Below, piece after piece: positions 28,427 to 36,955 of a stretch of 64,000 bases of DNA. Each line of letters begins with the position of its first letter. The first letter of the stretch is position 1. This DNA is from Candidatus Pacearchaeota archaeon (GTDB lineage: Archaea > Nanobdellota > Nanobdellia > Pacearchaeales > GW2011-AR1), in contig JAGLYK010000011.1 of assembly GCA_023132255.1 (NCBI GenBank), positions 5,847 through 69,846 of the forward strand, written 5' to 3'. The notes under the pieces were generated by a model, which saw only the letters and a list, made by a program, of their open reading frames with translations, was not told the DNA's origin and searched no databases. The position numbers and the translations under genes are program-made.

Positions 28427-29368
28427 TTATTTGATTTTTTCTATTTCAGATAAATTTTTTACTGCTTTAATCAAATTATTTATTTTTTTTAGGGGTTCTC
28501 CTAAACTTAAGATAATATATTTTAAATTAAATTCTGTGGCTTTCTTGTGAGCTTTGATTATGTCTGCCTCGCTGATTCTTTTTTTATTGTATGCAACAAG
28601 AAGTTTTTCTTCTCCTTTAGTTTTTATGCGTAAAATCAAATCACTCTTACTGAAGTTTTCAATATCTAAAATTTCAATTGATTTTCCAGACAGAAACTCT
28701 TTCACTTTATTGAAGAATTTATCATTGTTCTTTTTTGTTGCAGTTCTTTTTTTAGCAGGAGTTTTTGTGCCCTCTTTAGAGGGTACCTCGTTAGAGGTTC
28801 TCGCGCCGGGAACAGAGTGAGGCGGTACACCTTTAGGTGCTGGTTTTTGTGTGTCGAAGATATTTAACTCTTGTTTATTTGATGTTTTTTCTCCTGGCTT
28901 TTTTTTATCTTCTGGTTGTGAAGATTTTTTTATAGATTTAACTTTTGGAGGTTCAAATTCATTTTCTAAAATTGTGAAATATCTCCAGAAAATCTTTTCA
29001 TCTTTTTTAAAAGCTATTGCAAAATCCTTGATTTCTCTTAATGCAATTCTAATTGCCGGAACTTGCTCGTCGTCTTTTAAAAATTTCTTTCTTTTTAATA
29101 ATTCAAATGCTTCTTTTTCTTTGCTTTTAAGGTGTTGTGAAAATCTTTCGAGCATGGGTTCCTGCCCCGGGATGAGATAGATTGGAGAACTGCCGACTTT
29201 CATAAAACTTAGTTTTATTCTTTTTTCAGAAAGCAATTCAGACAAGAAAGCTGAGGCAAAGAGCATGCTTAATCCGGTTTCACCTGCAATATGAACTGGC
29301 AGACTCGGTCCTCTTTTTTTAAATACAAAAATGATTTTCTCTTTAATATTTGAAGTGTCTTGTACCAT
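28427..29368 (-). CDS. Hypothetical winged-helix-like protein carrying an in-frame GC-rich element insertion.
   Basis: N-terminal VFKKRGPSLPVHIAGETGLSMLFASAFLSELLSEKRIKLS. The element at 28768-28843 encodes APKGVPPHSVPGARTSNEVP. Confidence 0.4.
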   Translation of the reverse strand: MVQDTSNIKEKIIFVFKKRGPSLPVHIAGETGLSMLFASAFLSELLSEKRIKLSFMKVGSSPIYLIPGQEPMLERFSQHLKSKEKEAFELLKRKKFLKDDEQVPAIRIALREIKDFAIAFKKDEKIFWRYFTILENEFEPPKVKSIKKSSQPEDKKKPGEKTSNKQELNIFDTQKPAPKGVPPHSVPGARTSNEVPSKEGTKTPAKKRTATKKNNDKFFNKVKEFLSGKSIEILDIENFSKSDLILRIKTKGEEKLLVAYNKKRISEADIIKAHKKATEFNLKYIILSLGEPLKKINNLIKAVKNLSEIEKIK

Positions 29369-29406
29369 GACTAAAATAAATAGAAAGAGGTTATAAATAT
29401 TATGGG

Positions 29407-30147
29407 TTAAGATTTAGCAATTTTCCATAAGAAGTTATGATGGTTCTTGAAGGTTTCAGCAATTAGTTTATTTTTTATCATAAAAACATAAGGTTTATCT
29501 TCCCAAAGAAATAGGTATACATAATCTTCAAATATATCTATTGCTGTAGGACTTATGTAACCGTTAGGCATATATTTCACTTGAGTGAATTTTTCTTTTT
29601 CCCTATCCTTGCCTAAAGTTGCTTTTGCCGATTTTTCAAGTATGATTTTAAGATTATGTTTTTTTGCGGAACTTCTTAGATTCATGTTTGATAAGAAAGT
29701 TCTTAGAGATTCTAAATCTTTAGCTGGTTCTGGAAAACCAGTAATATAAATTGTAGCCCCTTTAGGACAATCATCAATAATTTTTTTGAACGCTATCTTA
29801 AAACCTTCATATCCTTCATAGATTGCCATTGTTGTTTCATCTTTTTCTGTTTTTCTTAATGAAGATAATTGAGGAACCAAGATTTCTATTTTTTCTTTTA
29901 ACTCTTTCTGTTTTTCTAAGAAAATCTTTGGTTCTGTTGCTTGGAAATGTTTACCATTTTTCTGGAGATTATATGTGGCAAATCCTTTTGAGATTAATGA
30001 GTTGAGTGATTCATAAACTCTTGAGTTTGCTATCTTGGTTGTTTTGATAATTGCCCCTGTTGTGCTATCCCCTTCTCTGAGAAGAAATAGGTAAATTGTA
30101 ATCTCATTTTTTGTTAGCCCAAGTTCTTTTAAAATTTCTGTATTCAT
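29407..30147 (-). CDS. TrmB-family transcriptional regulator.
   Basis: N-terminal HTH LGLTKNEITIYLFLLREGDSTTGAIIKTTKIANSRVYESLNSLISKGF, 246 aa. Confidence 0.65.
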   Translation of the reverse strand: MNTEILKELGLTKNEITIYLFLLREGDSTTGAIIKTTKIANSRVYESLNSLISKGFATYNLQKNGKHFQATEPKIFLEKQKELKEKIEILVPQLSSLRKTEKDETTMAIYEGYEGFKIAFKKIIDDCPKGATIYITGFPEPAKDLESLRTFLSNMNLRSSAKKHNLKIILEKSAKATLGKDREKEKFTQVKYMPNGYISPTAIDIFEDYVYLFLWEDKPYVFMIKNKLIAETFKNHHNFLWKIAKS

Positions 30148-30219
30148 TAAAATTAATAGAATTTAATTGTTATAAATGTTTCTCCTTTCTGGGAGAAAGA
30201 AGATTTAAGTATAATTAAT

Positions 30220-30600
30220 TTGGTTGTGAGAGTAAGTAAAATGGCATTAAAAGGTAAAATTGATATGGAGAAAATGAGAACAAATGGGGAAATTTGTTTA
30301 GATAATTTTAGAGGGAACTATGCTAAGAAAGCCCTTATAGCAATGATTCAAAATTTTCCAATAGATATTAGAGTTACTCCTAGAAGCAAGATTAAAGTAG
30401 AAACCTACGACGACGGGCGTATTATTGAGTTGCATCCTCAAGGATCTTCTGTTGATTATTTTGGGCTTAATAATCTTGATAAAGATAGGTATAATGTTTG
30501 TTTTTCGTCTAGCTCTGATGGTTTCGGGAATCCTAGATGTCTTATTAATGACTCTAAGCAAAAGTGCAGGCTTGAATTATATTCTATTGTGCAGGATTAA
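30220..30600 (+). CDS. Hypothetical protein.
   Basis: ORF only. Confidence 0.3.
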   Translation: MVVRVSKMALKGKIDMEKMRTNGEICLDNFRGNYAKKALIAMIQNFPIDIRVTPRSKIKVETYDDGRIIELHPQGSSVDYFGLNNLDKDRYNVCFSSSSDGFGNPRCLINDSKQKCRLELYSIVQD

Positions 30601-30624
30601 TTAAATTAATGGAAAAGAAATAAA

Positions 30625-30945
30625 ATGAAATTCTTTAAGAAACCAAAAACAATAGATGACCAAATGAAAGAACAGGGATTTTATGAAGGAAATAAGGGGG
30701 TTTTGTTTTTTGCAGAACCTCTTTCAGAAAGAGCTACGCAAGAAGAATGGGAGAAATATAATAATGAAAGAATTCAGAGACATCAAGAAAATCCTTCTAA
30801 ATTATTCAAAAGTTTGTTATTTGATCATCTTTCTGGAGTAAAAGAAATTTATATTATAATTGATCCTGCCAAAAGGCAACCTTACTATATAGGTTCTCGA
30901 GAGGCTTTTTGTAGTAAGTATAAAATTTTTATTAGAGAGGAATAA
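30625..30945 (+). CDS. Hypothetical protein.
   Basis: ORF only. Confidence 0.3.
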   Translation: MKFFKKPKTIDDQMKEQGFYEGNKGVLFFAEPLSERATQEEWEKYNNERIQRHQENPSKLFKSLLFDHLSGVKEIYIIIDPAKRQPYYIGSREAFCSKYKIFIREE

Positions 30946-30946
30946 T

Positions 30947-31465
30947 CTAAGGTCTCAACCACTTAACTTCATAATAAGTTATGTCTCCTTCTTCGTCGAC
31001 AATTGCCAGAAGCAGGTTTTTCTTTGTTGAGTGGGCAACCCTGTTTTTTGCAGAGAATTCATGCCAGGTTAATCTTTTTGATTCATGGTCTGCAAAGACA
31101 ATCCATTTTGCGTGCTTTTTCCCGGGTCTTTGTCCTTTGTCATAAATTCTAAAATCTGCCCCGAACTTTAATGCAGTTTTCACGATATAACCTTTTTCCC
31201 TTAAGTCCTTGAATACAGGATATTTAATCTGGATTTTTTTGTCAATTCTTTTGAATTTATTCATTAATTCTTTTTCTGATATTTTTTTGTTTCTTGAGAA
31301 TACTTCTATTTTATTTTTTTCAACTAAAAATAACGTTTCTGAAAGAGAGTACTGGATTTTCCCTGCAACTGGTTCGCCAAAGCAACTTTTTTTGTAAAGT
31401 GCATGAGCTTCAGAAGAATTGCTGGAAATTATTTCTCCTATGATGTGTGCTTGGATTTTTTTCAT
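30947..31465 (-). CDS. endA: tRNA-splicing endonuclease (EndA, homo-oligomeric type).
   Basis: ALKFGADFRIYDKG...HAKWIV catalytic region (His and Lys); N-terminal LFLVEK; 172 aa. Confidence 0.75.
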   Translation of the reverse strand: MKKIQAHIIGEIISSNSSEAHALYKKSCFGEPVAGKIQYSLSETLFLVEKNKIEVFSRNKKISEKELMNKFKRIDKKIQIKYPVFKDLREKGYIVKTALKFGADFRIYDKGQRPGKKHAKWIVFADHESKRLTWHEFSAKNRVAHSTKKNLLLAIVDEEGDITYYEVKWLRP

Positions 31466-31499
31466 AGATTATTAAAGAAATAACAATATTTAAAAGTTA

Positions 31500-34400
31500 T
31501 TGAAAGGTAATTATCTTATGAAATACAATTTCAAAAAACTTGAAAAGAAATGGCAGAGGAAGTGGGAGCAGGAGAAAGTTTTTTGGGTTGATGTTCAGCA
31601 GAAATCCAAGAAGAAAAAATTTTATTTGATGGAGATGTTTCCGTATCCATCGGCTTTGGGGCTGCATTTGGGTCATGTGTTGAATTATACTATTGGCGAT
31701 ATTCTTGCACGTTTTAAGAGGATGAAGGGGTTTAATGTTTTGTATCCAATGGGGTTTGATTCACTTGGACTGCCTGCGGAGAATGCGGCGATAAAAGCAG
31801 GAACACATCCGAAGCCTTACACAAAAAAGGCGATTAAGAATTATATCAAGCAGATGAAGGATTTGGGGCTGAGTTATGATTGGAGTAAGCTTGTGAATAC
31901 AATGGAGCCGGAATATTATAAATGGAACCAGTTGTTTTTTCTGAAGTTTTTGGAGAAAGGTTTGGCTTATCGGAAAAAGTCTGCGGTGAATTGGTGTCCT
32001 GAGTGTAATAGTGTTTTGGCGAATGAGCAGGTGCATAATGGAAAGTGCTGGAGGCATGAGGATACTGAGGTTGAGATTAAACATCTGGAGCAGTGGTTTT
32101 TGAAAATTACAGATTATGCTGATGAACTGCTGGACGGGATTAATGATTTGCAGTGGCCTCAGAAAATTAAAACAATGCAGAAAAACTGGATTGGAAAAAG
32201 TTATGGGACTGAGATTGATTTTGAGATAGAGAATACCGACGAGAAAATTTCAAATGTTGTGATTGTTCATGGGTCACCAAAGGAAGACAGACCTGATGAA
32301 TTTCCTCAAAATAAAAAACATTGGATTCTTTGGTTAAAGAAAGAATTAGAAAATCAAGGAATTAACACACATAATATTTTAATGCCTCAACCTTGGAAAC
32401 CAAATTATGAAAATTGGAAAAAAGAATTTGAAAAATTAAATGTTAATGAAAATACAATTTTAGTTGGACATAGTGCAGGAGGAGCATTTATGGTTCGATG
32501 GCTTAGTGAAAAACCGAGAAAAATAAAAAAACTAATTTTGATTGCTCCATCGAAGGAGACTACGAAAGATAGTCAGAGATTAAAAGAATTTTGTAATTTT
32601 AATATCAATGAAAAAATAAAAGATTTTGTTAAAGAAATAATAATCTTCATTTCTAATGATAAAAAAGAAACAATTAGGAGTGCTGGAATTTATAAAAAAA
32701 AATTAAATGCAGAATTAATAAATTTAGAGAATAGAGGTCATTTTACACTAAATGGAATGAAAACAAAAGAATTTCCAGAACTTCTTGAAAAAATTATTTC
32801 AAATAAAAAATTCCCTGTTTTTACAACTCGTCCTGATACAATTTATGGTGTAACTTTTATGGTTGTTTCTGCGCAGCATGAAAAATTAATGGAGTTAGTT
32901 ACTAAAGAGCAGAAAAAAGATGTTGAGAAATTTTTGCATAAAATTAAAAGTGTATCTGATAAGGATGCTGTTAACTTAGACAAGCAGGGAGTTTTCACTG
33001 GGAGTTATGCAATTAATCCGATTAATGGAGAAAAGGTTCCTGTTTATGCAGGGAATTTTGTTGTGGCTGAATATGGCTCTGGAATGGTGATGGGTGTTCC
33101 TGCACATGACCAAAGAGATTTTGATTTTGCGAAGAAATATGGTTTGGAGATTAGAGAAGTTATTAAAGGGGGGGATGTGAAAAAACAATCTTATATTGGT
33201 TCTGGGAAATTGATTAATTCTTCAAGTTTCAATGGTTTGGAAAATGAAAAAGCAAAACAAGAAATCACTAAATTTTTGGAGAAGAAAAAGTTGGGAAGGA
33301 AAACTGTTCAGTTTAAAATGCGTGATTGGTTGATTTCTCGTCAGAGATATTGGGGGACGCCGATTCCTGTTGTTTATTGTGACAAGTGCGGGATTGTTCC
33401 GGTTGATGAAAAAGATTTGCCTGTGATTTTGCCTGAGAAAGTTGTGTTTGGAAAAGGCAATCCTCTTGCGACAAATGAAAAGTTTGTGAATGTGAAATGC
33501 CCGAAATGCAATGCCAAGGCGAAAAGGGAAACAGATACAATGGATACTTTTGTTGATTCGTCGTGGTATTTTATGAGGTACCCTGATAATAAAAATTCTA
33601 AAGAACCGTTTGATAAAAAGATTGAGGCGGATTGGCTGCCTGTTGACCAATATATTGGAGGGATTGAACACGCGACAATGCATTTGCTTTATGCGAGATT
33701 CTGGACAAAGGCTCTTCGGGATTTGGGTTATGTGAATTATGACGAGCCGTTTACAAAACTGTTTAATCAGGGGATGTTGCATGGGGAGGACGGAGAGAAA
33801 ATGTCAAAGTCAAAAGGAAATGTTATTCTGCCGGAAATTGTTTCTGAAAAATATGGAATTGATACTGCGAGATTTTTCCTGATGTCCCTTGCTGCTCCGG
33901 ACAAACCTCGAGATTGGAGTGATAAAGGTGTGCAGGGAAGTTTGAAATTTATTAACAAAGTGATGAGTTATTTTGGCACCCAAGGGTGTACCCCACAAGG
34001 GGGCATCAAGATTGGAAAATCTTCTGCGAAAATTGAGAGTAAGTTAAATAAAACAATTAAAGAAGTTACAGGGCAGATTGAAAATTTTAAATATAATTTG
34101 GCTGTGATTAAGATTCGGGATTTGTTTAATTCTTTGGGTGAAGAAGAGAGCAAGGATGTTTTGGAAAAAAGTTTGAAATTGCTGCACCCTTTTTGCCCTC
34201 ATATTACAGAAGAAATTTGGGAGAAGATTGGATCATCCTCGAAAAACCGAGGACGTAAAAATTTTATTTGTTTAGAAAAATGGCCTGTTGCTGACGAGAA
34301 AAAGATTGACGAGAAGTTTGAAAAACAAGAACAAGCTGCTGAAAAGTTAAAATCAGATATAGAGCAGATTAAAAAATTAACAGGGCACCACGGGCGTACC

Positions 34401-34601
34401 CCGAAAGATTTTTTACAAAAATCTTTACAAGGGGCAAAGAAAGAGGTTAAGGTTTATGTTTATGTTCTGCCAAATGAATTGGATTTGTATTCTGAAATTA
34501 AAGGGATTGAAGTTTTTGCAGTTAATGACAAGAAAAAATATGACCCCAAAAATAAATCAAAGAAAGTTAAACCAGGAAGACCAGGGGTTTATTTAGAATG
34601 A
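31500..34601 (+). CDS. leuS: Leucyl-tRNA synthetase with an alpha/beta serine-hydrolase domain (about 187 aa, YdeN/RBBP9-like) inserted immediately before the CP1 editing domain.
   Basis: HLGH (HIGH) motif and NWIGKS, then the insert (nt 32250-32810, VIVHGS...LVGHSAGG...RGHFT), then TTRPDT editing domain with VPAHD, and KMSKS. Confidence 0.85.
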   Translation: MKGNYLMKYNFKKLEKKWQRKWEQEKVFWVDVQQKSKKKKFYLMEMFPYPSALGLHLGHVLNYTIGDILARFKRMKGFNVLYPMGFDSLGLPAENAAIKAGTHPKPYTKKAIKNYIKQMKDLGLSYDWSKLVNTMEPEYYKWNQLFFLKFLEKGLAYRKKSAVNWCPECNSVLANEQVHNGKCWRHEDTEVEIKHLEQWFLKITDYADELLDGINDLQWPQKIKTMQKNWIGKSYGTEIDFEIENTDEKISNVVIVHGSPKEDRPDEFPQNKKHWILWLKKELENQGINTHNILMPQPWKPNYENWKKEFEKLNVNENTILVGHSAGGAFMVRWLSEKPRKIKKLILIAPSKETTKDSQRLKEFCNFNINEKIKDFVKEIIIFISNDKKETIRSAGIYKKKLNAELINLENRGHFTLNGMKTKEFPELLEKIISNKKFPVFTTRPDTIYGVTFMVVSAQHEKLMELVTKEQKKDVEKFLHKIKSVSDKDAVNLDKQGVFTGSYAINPINGEKVPVYAGNFVVAEYGSGMVMGVPAHDQRDFDFAKKYGLEIREVIKGGDVKKQSYIGSGKLINSSSFNGLENEKAKQEITKFLEKKKLGRKTVQFKMRDWLISRQRYWGTPIPVVYCDKCGIVPVDEKDLPVILPEKVVFGKGNPLATNEKFVNVKCPKCNAKAKRETDTMDTFVDSSWYFMRYPDNKNSKEPFDKKIEADWLPVDQYIGGIEHATMHLLYARFWTKALRDLGYVNYDEPFTKLFNQGMLHGEDGEKMSKSKGNVILPEIVSEKYGIDTARFFLMSLAAPDKPRDWSDKGVQGSLKFINKVMSYFGTQGCTPQGGIKIGKSSAKIESKLNKTIKEVTGQIENFKYNLAVIKIRDLFNSLGEEESKDVLEKSLKLLHPFCPHITEEIWEKIGSSSKNRGRKNFICLEKWPVADEKKIDEKFEKQEQAAEKLKSDIEQIKKLTGHHGRTPKDFLQKSLQGAKKEVKVYVYVLPNELDLYSEIKGIEVFAVNDKKKYDPKNKSKKVKPGRPGVYLE

Positions 34602-35170
34602 ATGTTGTGATTATTCATGGAAGTAGTTCTAAGGATAGAGAAAATATAAAAAAATATGGGCTTCCTCCTCAAAATGAAAGACATTGGCTTCCTTGGATTA
34701 AATATGAATTAGAAAAAAAGAATATTCAAACTTTTACTCCGTTAATGCCTAAGAATTGGAAAGAAGAATATGAAGATTGGAAAAGAGAGTTTGAAAAAAA
34801 TGAAATTAATAAAGATAGTATTTTAGTTGGGCATAGTTCTGGGGCAGATTTTTTAGTTAGGTGGTTAGGAGAAACAGGTAGAAATGTCAAAAAATTAATT
34901 TTGGTAGCACCTGGCAAATTATATACGAATTATTCAGTTTCTTTTACAAAGTTTTGTGATTTTAAAATTGATTCTAAAATTAAGAATAACATTGGGGAGA
35001 TTATTATTTTTATTTCAAATAATGATTTGGAAGTTATTTTTAAGAGTGCTAAATTATATGAAAAAAAGTTAAATGCAAAATTAATAGAATTGAAAGGTAG
35101 AGGGCATTTTACAGAGAAAGGAATGGGAACAAAAGAATTTCCTGAATTGTTGGAAAAAATCTTGGAATGA
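34598..35170 (+). CDS. Free-standing serine hydrolase (YdeN/RBBP9-like alpha/beta hydrolase), paralog of the LeuRS insert.
   Basis: VVIIHGS...LVGHSSGA...RGHFT; about 55% identical to LeuRS aa 251-437; start overlaps the leuS stop. Confidence 0.75.
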   Translation: MNVVIIHGSSSKDRENIKKYGLPPQNERHWLPWIKYELEKKNIQTFTPLMPKNWKEEYEDWKREFEKNEINKDSILVGHSSGADFLVRWLGETGRNVKKLILVAPGKLYTNYSVSFTKFCDFKIDSKIKNNIGEIIIFISNNDLEVIFKSAKLYEKKLNAKLIELKGRGHFTEKGMGTKEFPELLEKILE

Positions 35171-35262
35171 AAACAATTAAATACTTTGATTTTTACTTAG
35201 TTTTAGGAATAAAATTCCAGAAGTCCTTAGGGCTTTGAGTAATTAAAAAAAAGGAGATAAAG

Positions 35263-35652
35263 ATGGTTTATACAGCAGTTGAGAACATTGCGTTTGTTGT
35301 GATTATTGCTGGTTTGATAAAGATGTTTGTTCTTTTAATTAAGCCTCAGGCATGGATGAATTTTGCGAAGAGGATTTATAGCAAACCACAGATTGCGAAA
35401 TTTGTCAGCTTAATTTTGGCAGTGGTTGTTTTTTATTATTTGTATAGTGCAGGAATTACAGTTGTTGAGATTTTAGCAGTAACGGCATTTGTAGCTCTTT
35501 TGATGATGATAGCACTTGCAGATGAAGTTGACTACCTTCTCAAGAAATATCAGGCAATGATCAAGAAAGGCAATCTTTGGAAGAACTATTGGCTTTATAC
35601 ATTATTGTGGCTTGTTTTAATGTTTTGGGGTCTTAAAGAACTTCTCATGTAA
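35263..35652 (+). CDS. Small membrane protein.
   Basis: About 4 predicted TM helices. Confidence 0.4.
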   Translation: MVYTAVENIAFVVIIAGLIKMFVLLIKPQAWMNFAKRIYSKPQIAKFVSLILAVVVFYYLYSAGITVVEILAVTAFVALLMMIALADEVDYLLKKYQAMIKKGNLWKNYWLYTLLWLVLMFWGLKELLM

Positions 35653-35711
35653 TTTTTATTTTTTATTTTATTTTTCGATAGTTTTTTATAATTGTTTTTA
35701 TATTTTGTTTT

Positions 35712-36899
35712 ATGGTTAGGGTCAAGAAAGAAAAAGAAGAAAGCGATTCAAAATCTAATCAGGATGTTTTTAAGAATTTTTTTAACAGGTTTAAAAGAAA
35801 AAAACAAAAGTTTTCACCAAAGATTGTTTCTAAAAAAATTAAAGTCAGAGAAACTGATAAATTTAGTATTACACAAAAATATTTGATAGTTTTTGTAGTT
35901 ATTGTTTCTTTTTTTATTTTAGTTATTGCCGGAGGATATTTGTTCAATATTGCAAAAGGAAAAAATGTTCAAGCAATTCCTGTTTGCGGGGACAATTCAT
36001 TTTATGATACTTGCTCCTTGACAAAACCTTATTTTTGTTTAGATGGGGCACTTTTAGAGAAGGCTTCTGTTTGTGGTTGTCCAGAAATTTTAAAGAGAGA
36101 AGGAGATAGTTGTATTTCTGATTATCAAAATTCTTCAAAAGAGATAACTCTAAAATATGTTTTGAGGGGAGAAGAAAAAGAAATTAATTATGTAGTTTAT
36201 GGTGGTTTGGTTGATTATTTGTTTAATCTTCCTAAGAGTATTTCTTATGATGAAAATGAGAAACCTTCTAGAAGGGATTTTAAACTTAAGAATCTTGATG
36301 AAAAAGAACAAAAGGAATTGCTGTTGGGGTTGGTTATGAAAATACAAAATCTTACGCCTGTTGAAGAGGACCAGATGAGGATTGCTGTGAGTCTTGTTCA
36401 GAATATTCCTTATGCAGAATCTGAAAAAACTTTTATCATGAGGAATGTTGTGTTTAATTATTCCAGGTATCCTTATGAAGTCCTTTATGATAATGCGGGA
36501 ATTTGCGGGGAGAAATCTGAACTCCTGGCTTTTTTATTGAGGGAAATGGGATACGAGGTTGTTTTCTTTTATCATGCCTACGAAAACCATGAGTCTGTGG
36601 GGATAAAATGTCCTGTAAAAGAGAGCCTTGATGACACAGGCTATTGTTTTATTGAAACAACAGGTCTGTCTATAATTACTGATGATTCTATAGAATATGT
36701 TGGGGGAATAAGTCTGGTTTCTGAGCCCGAGGTTGCTTTAATTTCTATTGGAGATTCTTTAGGAAAAGATTTGTATGAATACAAGGATGCAGATAGTATG
36801 AAGAGAGTAAGGAATGGCGGAATTAGCTTTTTTAGGTCAATTAAATTTAACAATCTCAAGGAAAAGTATGGTTTAGTTGATGAGTATAATTTAGGATAG
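35712..36899 (+). CDS. Membrane-anchored transglutaminase-like cysteine protease domain protein.
   Basis: Basic N-terminus, one TM, Cys-rich region, core GICGEKSELLAFLLREMGY...YHAYENH (Cys-His pattern). Confidence 0.55.
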   Translation: MVRVKKEKEESDSKSNQDVFKNFFNRFKRKKQKFSPKIVSKKIKVRETDKFSITQKYLIVFVVIVSFFILVIAGGYLFNIAKGKNVQAIPVCGDNSFYDTCSLTKPYFCLDGALLEKASVCGCPEILKREGDSCISDYQNSSKEITLKYVLRGEEKEINYVVYGGLVDYLFNLPKSISYDENEKPSRRDFKLKNLDEKEQKELLLGLVMKIQNLTPVEEDQMRIAVSLVQNIPYAESEKTFIMRNVVFNYSRYPYEVLYDNAGICGEKSELLAFLLREMGYEVVFFYHAYENHESVGIKCPVKESLDDTGYCFIETTGLSIITDDSIEYVGGISLVSEPEVALISIGDSLGKDLYEYKDADSMKRVRNGGISFFRSIKFNNLKEKYGLVDEYNLG

Positions 36900-36955
36900 A
36901 ATTTTATTTAAGAGTTGCTTTACTTTAACTACGCTTGGGCGAAGTAATGAAATTC

